A stretch of 58,743 nt of DNA, the filler included, from Sphacelaria rigidula (taxonomy: Eukaryota), in NCBI GenBank assembly GCA_964200075.2. It is 6 parts of 6 records of this genome, joined end to end, with 100 filler letters (N's around TTAATTAATTAA, not from the genome) between each part and the next. Parts side by side here need not be neighbours in the genome. Positions count along the whole stretch, not along the records: positions 29,427 to 39,133 come from CAXNAA020007922.1; positions 39,234 to 48,938 come from CAXNAA020007923.1; positions 49,039 to 58,743 come from CAXNAA020007924.1; 3 more parts are not named here. One strand, given 5' to 3'. The translations under genes and the position numbers were made by a program. Shown piece by piece: positions 38,681 to 51,560 of the stretch (positions are counted from its first letter, which is position 1; the number at the start of each line of letters is the position of its first letter). The notes beneath the pieces were generated by a model. The model was not told where the DNA came from and did not search any database. It saw nothing but the letters and a program-made list of their open reading frames with translations.

Positions 38681-41600
38681 TTATATATATATATATATAT
38701 ATGATACGCAAGAAGTGGCTTCAGAATCTAAAGAAAAATGGCGAACGTTGACGATTTGCCGGAGTGTTGATAGTAGTCATCCAATGCTGGGTAGTCAATT
38801 ACCAGACATTCAGTGGGGAACACAAGGACTGATCCCTTGAAACTGCGAACTAGGGACGTGCATCAGGCTGAAGAATGGGCCCTTTATGATGTTTGATATC
38901 GTGATATATCGATATATTACGATTTCACGGTATCATCTCGTAGATCCCTATATAATAAGCTCCACAATTGGCCTGGTACAATGCATGATAAGCATGATAC
39001 TGTGGCATGTATCGATGCATCGACATGGGCTGATACCTGGTGCATATTCCTACTGCGAACTCGCCATGTCGGGGGGGGAAGGGGGGGGGCGTACTCATAT
39101 GTTGCTTGCCTTAGTCATTTGACCATTGACCACNNNNNNNNNNNNNNNNNNNNNNNNNNNNNNNNNNNNNNNNNNNNTTAATTAATTAANNNNNNNNNNN
39201 NNNNNNNNNNNNNNNNNNNNNNNNNNNNNNNNNGCGGCCGCGGCTGGAGTCCGGCCGTGCCGCCTTCCGATTCCAGCGTCCCCCCCCCCCCCCCCGCCCT
39301 CCTCCAATCCCAGAATGAGGTTTTTGCGGCGAGTGGGGGGGGTGGTGCATGGATTTCCCGATATGGGGCCCCTCGATATAGCTGACTCCAGTGGTCACGA
39401 CTAATGCGAATACTTCTCGTATTTAGATGAATGAGTCAGAGTCCCACGACTGAGACCCTGCCTCGTTCTACGTGTGCAGCTTTCATTCCTGTTTCCCTTT
39501 TTTTCCATGCTACACAACGCAGGGTTGAGAACCGCCAAATGCTGGCTTTTCAATACCTCTCAAACAGTGCCCTTTTCAATACGTGAGTACAAGTGATGCC
39601 ACCACTCAACCGTTTTGCTGCGAGCCTCGTCTCGGAACAGCAATGTATTTGATACTTCCTTGGATGAGCAGGTGACTGTGCAACGTTGGCATTTTGATGC
39701 AGTGGGGCATGTCGAGGCATGCCAAGCATCCGTGGAGCAGCCCAGGAAACAAGTGGAATGGTCACGTAGCCGATCAGTACTAAGACTCTGTTCTCGCAAG
39801 AATTGCCTGATGGATAGCATGACCTTTCTCGCAGCACGACAGTGTAAAGTACCTGGGACTTGGCTGAAGAATGGGAAGGGGCCCGACATACACCGACCTA
39901 CCGGCGTATCTCTCAGTATTCTCTTATTCATGCCATCAGGCATCCAGTGTGATTGGAACTTTGCCTCAATTTTCAACACCAGGTGTCAGGAATTTTGCTG
40001 TGGATCTCGTGGCCAAAGGTTCACTGACACTCGAGTGTGCTGTAGTGCGGATTTTGGGCTCTGAAAGGGAGTGGTTCGGAGGTAAATCCGTTGCCTTCAT
40101 GGTAGGATCCGACCATCAAGAACCACGCCATTCCCCTTCCAGATGCTGATGAACAGACTTTCCTTTCTTCGAAATATTTTCTGCCCACGTCGACGAATAA
40201 GAGCATATCATGACAACCGATCACAATATCTACGGCTGTACTGTAGTAGACAACAGTCCCTGTGCTGCCCATTGCAGCAGCAATATGATATCGCGAGCAT
40301 GATGACGATTATATCGCGATGCAGTACGATTTTGCCACGCAAATGTTGCTGGCTGAGTGCTGCGCATTCACCAGAATTTTGGGCCAGAGGGAATAGCAGG
40401 TGCAGGTTCGGGTGCCACAACAGAGTGCTGACGGCAGTGTGTCAACACCTCGAGTACAGATAGACATATATCCTGCTTGTAATGTTGGCGTAGTGGGCAT
40501 CAGCAGTGCACTGTCGGACTATGTGTAGAAAGAGGCGATCCATCGCCACTTGTTGCACAAAGCCGTGAAAGATAATAAGCGTGGTGTGACAAAAAGGGGG
40601 GGGAAGTTCACTAAAACATGGTCATGTGTTTAGCAACAAGGAACGGATTCCTGAAGGGTTGAAGCCATACGCAAGGGGAGAAGTCCTGCAGGACGACCGG
40701 CAAGCCTTTGGCAAGACGGGTCAGTACGGCTGCACCCCACTTTTGTTTCGAGAAAAAATATGCGTATGAACGAAGACTGTATGCAGTGCATGCACCCCAG
40801 CATCCCAGCGTCTTATTTCCAGACAACAACACCTGCTCGTTTTGCTCCGTTGGCCGCTGTCGTAATTTTTGCCAAGTGCTCAAACGGGAGGATATCCGTA
40901 CATTTCGACAGCAGATGAGGGTAGTAACACCTCGAGATCGGCCACGTTACCTGTTCGATACGGGAAGGACGGGCGAAGGCGATTAGCTGGAGGCGCTGCA
41001 TCTGTTTCCACGGATAAGAGTCACAGTCTGGAGTACACGGAACTCCGCGGTGCGAGCGACCCTACGGGGAGAGCGATGTCGTCACCAGACGTAATCCTCG
41101 CCGTGTTTGGATTTCTCGACAGGTTTGTAACTTGCAAGCTACTGTAATAATACCCCTTGAAATAAATATGTTTAGTGAATTTTCCGGTATAATATAGCAC
41201 TTCTTAGAATCGGGTGCAAGTTTCGCTCAGGACAGACTGGTTCGCGTCCATCAACCTATGAATTCATCCGCAAAACTTTACGCCGTTTTCTGAAGTTGGA
41301 CCCTGAAATTTTGCACAATTTTGCTGTGGGTCAGGCCGTTTTTTCCGGCTCGTTATTTCCCCTTGTTTTTGCAAATAACGAGGGAAAAATACAAGATGGC
41401 TACTTACGGTTCATTTTTTCACAAGATTCACTGAGAAAAGATACTAGACGAGGAATATTTTACGAGATGGACCCTCCTGGCTTGCATTTTTTGAGAAAAT
41501 ACGAGACGAAATCGAGTTGTATTTTTCTCTCGTTCCTTTCATACGCGGCGCGGCGAGACTAGCAACGCCCGCTAGCCCTGAATATGTTTGTGCTCTTTGA

Positions 41601-41739
41601 CATCTGCGGGGCTCTCCTGACAGCAATGTCGAACATCTCCCGCGCTGTTTACACACTAGACCAAACTTTGCTTCGCCATCCCAGCGCACGCGAGATGTTG
41701 TCAGGGGTTGATGATCTATTGGCATCGACCGTGCTCTCG

Positions 41740-42330
41740 AAAACCTGCAGCACAGATAGTACCCAGCGCAGATATTACAGGATACTGTCTGTGCTGTCTC
41801 ATGCAGTGAGTTGTAGGTGACAGTATACACACAACAGTAGTACGCACGGCTGCAGTAAAAATGATGCATACAACGTGAGATATGTGGACAACGTGCAATA
41901 CAGACAACACCAGGCAGTACTGTACTGTCTGCACTGCCGCATTGAGCAGTAGGATCCACATGCCATGCTGCATCCAGCGGCTGCCGAAAATGATTTGGAC
42001 GACGTGCAGTGTAGACAGTACGTGCAGTGTAGACAGTGAAAGCGTTGTACTGCCGCATTCAACAGTACAGTAGGTGGGATGGAAATATTAGTTTGCCAGT
42101 ACAGTAGTACAACGGCTGCACTAAATATGACGTGGGCAACGTGTAGTACAGACATAACTAAGCAGAACAAACCTGCCTGTTCTGCCTGCCGCATACGGCA
42201 GTATACACGCGTACATGTCAGGTTGGGGACGGAAAAATACAACAGCTGCACTAAAATTGATGTGAGGGAGTGCAGTACAGACAGTACTAGACAGTACAGT
42301 GCGTACGGGATATGGCAGTATGTTGCGAAA
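41740..42330. repeat. Degenerate CAGTAC/GTGCAGT-rich repeat region
   Basis: Recurrent ACGTGCAGTGTAGACAGTAC-like units. Confidence 0.55.
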
Positions 42331-42419
42331 GGCATTTGCTGATGGCACAATGTTGTGGTGATCAGCGTGAACCAGCCCGTACAGGCTGGGCCGCCGAAGA
42401 CGCGGACAGGAATGTGAAT

Positions 42420-43020
42420 GCGCGATTATGTTGCTCAATTGTGGGTCGTTTTCTATGAAGTTTTGACACGGTGTACAGGACGTATGTGCGAAAACCCCAT
42501 CATCTCTCCCCTACATTTTTATTTTTTTCGCGAGTTATTCACGATTTAGTTCCCGAAAAATGTCCTGAAATTGTAGTCGCCAATAACTGACGGAGAAGAA
42601 AAAAATGTAGGAGATGATGGGGTTATTGCACACACGTCCTGTACGTGGTGTCCAAATTTGGTAGAAAACGACCCAAAATTGAGCAGCATAATCGCGCGTT
42701 CGCGTCGAAGATCGGTTCCTCATGCGGTTCAATTTGAAGTCTTATTCCACGAAATTTTGACACAATGTGTATGAGGTATGTCGTAAAGACCCTACTGTCC
42801 CCCCTTGACTTTTTTTCAAAATCTGTCAATGAGATGTCGACCCTTTGTACCGGGAAATCGTTCCGAAATTTTGATCACCAATAACTCACGACGGCGAAAA
42901 AAAACATGAGGGAGAAACGAGAGGGGCTTCGTACATACGTCATGTACATTGTGTCAAAACTTCATGGAAAACGACTCAAAACTGAGCACCGTAACCGCGC
43001 TTTGCTGTTGAGAACCGGTT
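42420..43020. repeat. Inverted repeat (42420-42510 vs 42610-42700) with further related partial copies to ~43020
   Basis: CGCGATTATGTTGCTCAATTGTGGGTCGTTTTCTA vs TAGAAAACGACCCAAAATTGAGCAGCATAATCGCG. Confidence 0.7.
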
Positions 43021-46000
43021 GACTTGCTTTGAGAGTATAACAACCTCAGCCGGAACTTTGACGTTCTCTACAAGCCTTCTACACCCACTGCTCACCGGTT
43101 CGTACACTACTGCTAGATACCTTGCCGCGCTGGAAGCCTCGCCTGCGTGCCATCTCAGACACTGCGCGCCTACAGTACAACATGCATTGTTGTACATTCA
43201 CAACTGGTGCAGCGCCACCACTTTGCGGCCGCGGCACAATCGACTGTAACCGAAAATACGATTTCAGCTTTTTTTTTGCCCTAATTCTGCCGCATATCAC
43301 CCTCAACTCTCTACACTTCGCAGCAGACCACAGTTTGGTATTTCGTTTGATGGGAATTTGTTGGATCGCAGTGCTACGTGGATTGAAAGACGCGCTCTGA
43401 TTTGCAAATCACCACGACGTGTCATGGTATCATAACTCGTGATATATCGTCAGTTAGCACGGGCAGAAGGAAAGTCCGTTTCTTCGGTGGCCCAGCCTGT
43501 ATAGCAAAGCAAGCATCTCGCCGGGTCGGCTTTCATGTGCAAGGCAAGATTTAAGACAGTCGATCGCCAATCGGCCAGGGGTCATGCGGGATCAACCGCG
43601 AACAACATATGTCACAACATCCTGCCGCGAATCTGTTATGCCCCTGATGATCTTGAAACGTCCACGTCGTACCCACAATCCCCAACTTCGCAAGCATATA
43701 TATCTCTTATCCCTTGAAGCATGTCACGTACACCCCACCACCATGCGTTCATCGCTCAATGTACCCATCGCCCCCATTGCGCATGGTTCTGCACTTCCAT
43801 CACACGCCGTATTTCTAGGCAGGGGATCCTGGCCTGCGGGAATGTGTCTGTGGCTTTCAATCAGGCGGCTACAGACGACACCATTTGGTACGTGATACTT
43901 TTGGGTCCAACCCCGGTGGCAGTTTGTTTGTATTCCTCCCTCTAAGGCGTGCCTGCAGGCGACGAAACACGACTGGCAAGCATTGGTAAAGGTGTCACGA
44001 GCTGCTCATTTTCCCGTGACCAGCCAGGTCCGATTGTTCGTTGACCATGCGACAGTTGGCGTAAGAGTTTTTGCTCCGCACAAGACGCGCGTCATATTGA
44101 TCAGTCACTTTTGCAAGGCCGAGTGCAATGGGTGATCTATATACATCATGCCAGTGTATATCATGCCAGGTGCCACGAAGGTGTTGCGCACAATTCGATA
44201 CGAAATCTGCAGGGAAATATTTCTGCAGGCGACCGCGCAGCATCGTGTAGGACCAGCTTTGTGGGCGAGCCGCTGGACGATCCAGCTGCTTGTTGTGGTT
44301 GTCTTAGAGAAGCCATTTTCCAAGTGTAACCGATGTTATGAGCGTGGGGCCAGCAGTTGTTCTTTGGCGCGGAAGACGTTGCCGTAGTTTGTTTCACGTC
44401 TTCCAGATCGAAACGTACCCTTTATCTGTCATGCCCACATTGCCCCGACAACGTTACTCTATTTTCATGCCATGCAGGATAAACTTTGTCAAGAGTGACA
44501 TCGCCTCGTTCTTGTGGGAGCACCACTATCACGGCAGCGACGCTGCGCGCAGCAGTTTCTCTGCGCAGGAAGCGGCCTTGAGCAGATGTGATACGGACAT
44601 GATACAAGCAGGAATTTACAGGTTCGTGCTATTTCCCCTCTCTGACTAGCACGTTCAATATGTTCGGCCCAGTGTGTTTATATGTGTACTTGTGTGCTTG
44701 AGCCCATATTATATCTGTATCAATCACCCGACCAAAAATATCCATGCGTTTTGTTAGTGTTTCCATAGCGTGAGGTGTTGACTTGTTCACAGTACGAGTG
44801 CAAGTCCCACTACTAGGTTGATTGTTCCTGGGTCATGTAGAGTAGTCCATCTCCGTTACAGGTGCAGGTGCATGATATGTAGGCTGTCTGCGGGGAGGAG
44901 ATATGAAAATGAGATTGACATTGGACTAGGTCATGGGATATTCTCTGGAGTATGACTGTGACTGCCAGACAAGTCTATAGTCAACCTTTTGACTTTCTAG
45001 TGCGTCCTCTCTACATTTTTATGTTGACGGGAGGTTGTACGAGTACGTTGAAGCACGTCCCGTGGTTTTTGTTGCTACCACTTGAAACGAACAGCGTAAC
45101 TCTTGGTGTCGCGTATCCCTCCCCTGAATGTTACACATATCCCCCCCTGAGTTTCCTCTGTTGATAAATATGTCACGCCTTTCTTCACGAAGCTGAGGGT
45201 GTGTTGAAAGCACCGTTTCTTGCGTAACAACCCTCCTTCCCTTCCCTCCCACCACACCTCATTGCCGTTTTTTGAAACTCTCTTTAGGGCGATAGAATAC
45301 GTTTACGCCTATTTGCCGCGCGCGTACTTCGAAATCTATCCTCGCCTACCCCCAACGCGAGAGCTGGTGCCATCCCCGAAAGCGCACAAGTCATGGCATA
45401 GACTGTATATCACCATGCTTCACTGGATGCCTTATATGGTACTGAAGAACAGCAGATCAAAAGGGGTGCGTTGTGAGATGGCCCGAAATCCATGGGTACA
45501 AGCAGCGGCGCAAATGGCTGGGTCTGAGAAAGAGAAGAGAGAATCAACGGGGTCAGTGAGGCTTGCCGTCTGGAGTGGTCCCCAAGGGAAAATGGCGCTT
45601 AGCTTGACGCGGAAATCCAGGGCAACCATCGAGAAGTACAGCGCCACTGCTTTCTTCCCAGAACAGGTGCGGGTTGCTGCTGTTTTTTGGAATCACTACT
45701 TTTTCTGAGGTACCGGTTGGTGAAAAAGCTCCTCACTATGTTTCATGTTTAGTACTTGTACCTGCAGCCAATGTTGCTCGCCAGCGAAAAGTCGGGATCG
45801 TTGTTTTAGCAATTTTAATTTTGCATGTGCCTTCGATGCTGCTGCGACCGAGGCCCAGATCGTGAGAGGTTTGCTCTAGCCTGCCCGTTTCTTGCCAACA
45901 AATTTCCGGTGATGACGTATACCTGTTGAATATGTCATGCGCCAAGAATCGTCCCGATCTCAGATTGAGGCCAAAACCCGGTTTCCATGGTCGTTCGTAG

Positions 46001-49000
46001 AAGTACTACTGTCATGATTATACGCGTCCATGTGCTGAAAGTGCACACTCCTGCGTCGCCCGTCCGGTATGCGCATACATCGCTGTGTACACAGATACTT
46101 TCATTTGTGTCTAGGCTCTACTTCTCGTGCTGTGGGGATTATTTTGAGGAACTTATCTCATTGTCGACGGGTGGTCAGCAGCGGGGAGGACAACCCGCGG
46201 ATTTGCCCGAGAAACAAAAACATGTGACGCCTGTTGTGCCGGGGTGGGGGGACATGATGTCGGTGGTGCGCGGGTACGTCGATCTGTACAAAATGCGAGT
46301 ATTCTTCGTTCTCAAGGTGAGAGGTTCTTACTTCTGTTGTGTATCTGTATCCAATGCTGAGTCCGTTGGGCGCCGAACCACACCCAGCGCCGCCGTTGTC
46401 ATATATGGCGTTTGCCGCACAGCGTCTGTGCATGTTGGAGTGTTGGTCCTGTCGAAAGTCGATGGGTGTGGAGGGTTTCTCGATCGGTTTTTTTGATGCT
46501 AATGTGGAATATGGGACGCGGTGTGGACATACCGCAGCTTTCCAGACGACACACGATACCATGCGGTTTGCAGATGGGGTTTGCAGGTATTAGAATTGTG
46601 GAGTCCTTTGACCCCCATGTTTTTCGTTCTGAGCCGAACTCAACGTAAGTTCTATTCGCAGTTAGGCTAACTTTACCATGTAGCGTTTCTCGCATAGAAT
46701 GCAATGGCATTGGTATTTTACTCCATATCCGCCCCGTACAAGAACGCCGTGGAGTACGTCCGTTACAGGCAAGTAATGAAGAGAAACATGAAGAAACGTC
46801 ACGGGAGAAGAGTTGTGGGAGCGCACACGCGTGAGAGATACTTGAGTGGGAAATGCGTGTTTTTTCGGCAAAGGATGGTTGTAGAGACTGACCAAAGCAC
46901 GAATGTCGACAGACTTTTCACCCTTATATCCATGTGGTTTGGAGTGCTTCGGAACATTGATGAGGGTCTTCACATATTCGTTGAAAGTTTTGGAGTATGG
47001 TACATATGCGGTATACGTTTTGGCGCACACAACTGACAGATTCTGCCAAGAATCCCAACAAGCCCCACCACCACGCCTCCACAGCACGCGCAAGAAGATA
47101 GTGGGTAGCACATACGAAGGGCCATGGCATGCAGCAAAGGGACGAATGGACGCATGACCACTCTCACCGAACCGGCTTGTGGATTCGTCACACTGCCAAT
47201 GGCTTCTGTTTCGAGCTCTCGAGGGAGTGTCGAGCAGCTGACCTGGAAAAACTGTGAAGAAAAAGAGAAGTGCTTCACCAATAGACAGTACAAACGGTAC
47301 AGACGGTAGTCTCTGACTAATTGCGAACCGTTCTCGATTTCGCATCGCGTAGATAGAATTGTAGATGTGCTGCACAGTCGGTGAATGTTTCATGAACGCA
47401 AGGACATGAAAGTTGACACCAACGCAAAATGTCGTGGCTTCTGTAGTGCTGTACAATTAATAAGTGACCTCTCCAGCACAAGCCAGACCTTCACAGCTTA
47501 ACATGAGCGTGGCTTTTGTCTAATGAGTATGTACTGAGACTCCCTCTACTTATCAATAGGCAGCTCGGGCACAAAGTAGACCGCGCATGCTCTTCGCGAG
47601 CTATGAATAGGGGTTCCCCTCACTGAAAAAATTGACACCCTCTCTTTTGGCGTGCCGACTATTCCCCGTAGTGCAAGTTCTTTTCCCTCGCACGACGTTC
47701 CAGTTACAACAGGAATGAGGCTTGGCCACAAGCTCGTTCAAGAATGGGCAAGGAGTGAGCCGTTTCAGCAACACCGGCTTAGATCAAAGCGCGGCGGTGG
47801 TTGGGTAGCTATCTAGTCGTTACCAGGCGCACGTACTGTATTGTGGTACGGTTTTCCCTGTCTTGTCAAACCACACCAAACAGCAAACCACAAAATATTG
47901 AAAATTGCTTAGTTTAACACGGTTCAACCCAGCACATTGATCGTGTTTCATAGGAAGCTGAATCCTCAAAGCTCAGAGGCGACCTCGTCGTCCTCACATG
48001 TCATCCCATATGATGGTACAGTATATTTGAAATCTCGTGGTGCTCTGTAGCCTCAACGTTTGGGCCTAAGCAACATCGACATACGCTGCCAGAGGCACTG
48101 GCTATTTGCTTCAGTGGGGGTAGGGAGAATTTCTTCACATTCCCTACTCCCGTATCATGAAGGAAAGTCTCATGCGGCGAGAACATTTGCTTGTTTACCC
48201 GAACACAACAGAGTTGGGACTTGTCCCATTTTGAACGTTGCACTGCCTCGCACCCCCCACCCTACCTTTCTCGCTGTTGTGCTACTACTACTCTTCTATG
48301 CATGTGCACCTTAGGAGAACCGGGGGTTTCTGCTGCAGGACCCCGCGCCTCCCGCTGCAGTCAGCAGGACGAACGACAGTAGCGAAGACAACGCGGACGT
48401 GGCTGACCCTGAAGCGCAAGGCGTGCCCAAGCGACAGCTGCGCATTGCGTGCTCCCACAAAATTTTCATGGAAACTGTAGAGAACCCTGTGAAGAGTCTG
48501 ACTGAATGGCCGTATGCGCAGCGTATGAGCGTAGAAGCATTTGTGGCGGAGTTTCGCGGCATAAAGTCTCCATGAACATGAGCTGGAAACAGTTGGGAGC
48601 CTCACAGCTTCAGGACTTGGCACATTGGTTCTGAGGCGGATGAATAGAGGGGTGGGAGGGAGGGATGCTGCAAACACTCAGTGGGAGTGGCGGGGATGCA
48701 ACATAGGGGGCATAACTTCCCAGGTGCCGTATGCATGCGGACAACGCCTGTTGCAACGTTTGGAGAGTGAGGATGTGCTGTAAACTCATTTTTCGAAGCC
48801 TTTGGTGAGTCGTTGTACCTGTGGACCATTAATGGCTTAGTGGAACGTGTCCATGCGGTATGTCTGTAGTAACAGTGTTTTCGTGAGATTGAGGGTAGAT
48901 GATACGATTGAGAGTGGCTTTGATCATTCGCTTTAAGTNNNNNNNNNNNNNNNNNNNNNNNNNNNNNNNNNNNNNNNNNNNNTTAATTAATTAANNNNNN

Positions 49001-49038
49001 NNNNNNNNNNNNNNNNNNNNNNNNNNNNNNNNNNNNNN

Positions 49039-49787
49039 TCTCGTCTTGGTTTCCGCCTACCTTCTTCCACACTTTCTCGACTTCTTTATTCCACCTTACT
49101 CCAGCCTTCCCTTTCGTACTTTTCTTCCATACAGGCCTATCAACGATAGCTGGCAATCTCTTTCTCTCTGCATGTTCTTTACGTTATATTGCCATCGCAA
49201 TTTCCTCTCGTCTCTGTTTGTTTGAAGTGAGTACATTCCCAACTCTGCTCTCAAAACTGCATTACTCGTCGCTTTCGAGCATCCAAGTATGTTCTTAGCT
49301 GCTGCCATCTGTAATGTTTCCAACCTCTCCACCACCTTCACGTTCCCCTCCCATACTTCTCCTCCTGCATATTCCAGCTTTGGTACGACCACGTTCATCA
49401 GGATACATCTCTTGATCCTAGTGTCTGGGTGCAGGTCTCTGAGGATCGCGTCCATCATTCCTATCTGTGCCCTACCCTTTTCTATCACTTTTTTTTTTAT
49501 GTGTACATCCCATGAACAGTGTTTTGAGATCTCTACCCCAAGGTATGTAAAATGGTCTACGATCGGCAGTTCCTCTTCTCCCCACCTGCATTTAACTCTA
49601 CCGGATTCTTATCTTCGTTACAGACGAGTACCGCGCATTTGTCAACGTTCGCTGTCACTCTCCATTTCGTAGTGTATTCTAGCGCATAGTCGATCTGTGT
49701 CTGTAGTCTTTCTGGTGTTCCTGGAATCCCCGTAAAATCATCCGCGAACATCAATCCTGATACCATATCTTCACCCACCTTGACCCC
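49039..49787 (-). mobile_element. LINE A fragment (RT C-terminal half)
   Basis: GLMFADDF catalytic motif; DTRIKRCILMNVVVPKLEYAG; homologous to 2500-3220. Confidence 0.93.
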
Positions 49788-50009
49788 GTTTACGACATGG
49801 GTGTGTGTGCACAGGAGAGTGCATCGCGGTTGTGATAGGTAGTGGATGATTAAGCGTCGAAATACAAAAAAGAAGCGTTCAACCCTGAAACCTTTCTCGA
49901 CAAAACCCCCTCAAATCCCAACAAATCCCATAAATATGGGCAATTTCGTCGTGAAAGTTCTCAATAACCATGACTCCGACTATTTTGTCAAATAAATTGG
50001 TTGGTTTAT

Positions 50010-51560
50010 TTTCGATACTCCGTCTTATTCCGTTCCGTTCTGTTCGATATATGTCTTGATTCGGTTCGATAATGCTGTCGTTCCGCCTCGATGAATGTTT
50101 CCGTTAGGTCCAATCATGCCGTTGTTGCTGTTTGATCCATGATTCCGTTTGGTCTGATTATGCTATTGTTCCGATTCGATCAATGTTCCGGCCCGTTCCC
50201 CGTTATGCTGTCGTGGCGGTTCGATACATCTTTCGGCTCAGTCCAACCATGATGTTCCGGTTCGATTAATGTCCCGGTTCGGCCCTCTCACGCGATTTTA
50301 CCCGTTTGATACATGTTTCAGTTTGGTCTAAATATGCTGTCGTTCCGGTTCGGTCAAATTATACTGTCATTGCGGTCCGGTGCAATCACGTTGTTCCTGT
50401 TCGGTGCAATGTTGCTGTTGTTCTGATTCGGCGCGATTCGTTACATGTTGCGGTTCGGTGCAAGTATGCTGTTGTTTCCGTTCGGTGCAACTATGTGATT
50501 GTTCCGCTTCGGCATAATTCGGTGCATGTTTCGGTTCGGTGCAATTATGTTCTTGTTCCGCTTCGGCATAATTCGGTGCATGTTTCGGTTCGGTGCAATT
50601 ATGCTGATGTTCCGGTTCGGTGCAATGATGCTGGTTTTCCGGTTCGGTGCAATTATCCTGCTGTTCCGGTTCGGTGCAATCACCCTGTTGTTTCCGGTCG
50701 GTGCAACTATGTCATTGTTTCGTTTTGCTGCGAGTGGATACATGTTCCGGTTCGGTGCCATTATGTTCTTGTTCCTCTTCGGCGTAATTCGGTGCATGTT
50801 TCGGTTCGGTGTAATCATGCTATCGTTCCGGTTCGATTAATGTTTCGCTTCGGTCAAACTACACTATCATTGCGGTCCGGTGCAAGTATGCTGTTGTTGC
50901 GGTTCGGTGCAAGTATACTGTTGTTTCCGTTCGGTGCAACTATGTGATTGTTCCGTTTCGCTGCGGCTCGATACGTGTTCCGGTTCGGTGCAATTATGCT
51001 GCTGTTCCGGTATGGTGCAATCACCCTGTTGTTTCCGGTCGGTTCAACTTTGTGATTGTTCCGTTTGGCTGCGACTGGATACATGTTCCGGTTCGGTGCA
51101 ATTGTGTTCTTGTTCCGCTTCGGCATAATTTGGTGCATGTTTCGGTTCGGTGCAATCATGCTGCTGTTCCGGCTCGGTGCAATCATCCTGTTGTTCCGCT
51201 TCGGTGCAATCACCCTCTTGTTTCCGTTCGGTGCAACTTTGTGGTTGTTTCGTTTCGCAGCGATTCGATACATGTTGCGGTTCGGTGCAATCATGTTCTT
51301 GTTCCGGTTCGGCGTAATTCGGTGCGTGTTTCGATTCGGCCCAATTCTAGTGTTCCGGGTCGGTGTAATTACGCTGTTGTTCCGGTTCGGTCCGATTATG
51401 ATACCGTTTCGGTTCGGTGCTTGTTTCGGTTTTGTCCAATAATACTGTTCCGTTTTCACATATGTTCCGGTTTGGTGTTTGATTCGGTCTGGTTGGAGGT
51501 ATGCCGCCGTTTCAATTCTATGCATGCTGTTCTTCTGGTTTGATTTGTGTTTCGATCTGT
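50010..51560. repeat. 27-nt tandem array (consensus approx. GTTCCGGTTCGGTGCAATTATGCTGTT), ~40 core units with degenerate flanks
   Basis: 9-aa periodicity (VPVRCNYAV / IAPNRNSSI / FRFGAIMLL) in overlapping ORFs; ordered unit variants recur. Confidence 0.9.

Noticed and set aside
41540..41575. Helitron 3' end (GC-rich stretch near CTAG)
   Set aside because: The hairpin is poor and no Rep/helicase remnant is recognisable.
50300..51430. CRISPR-like array
   Set aside because: The variable parts are short, related to each other and recur in order. There are no unique spacers and no cas genes, and the context is eukaryotic.
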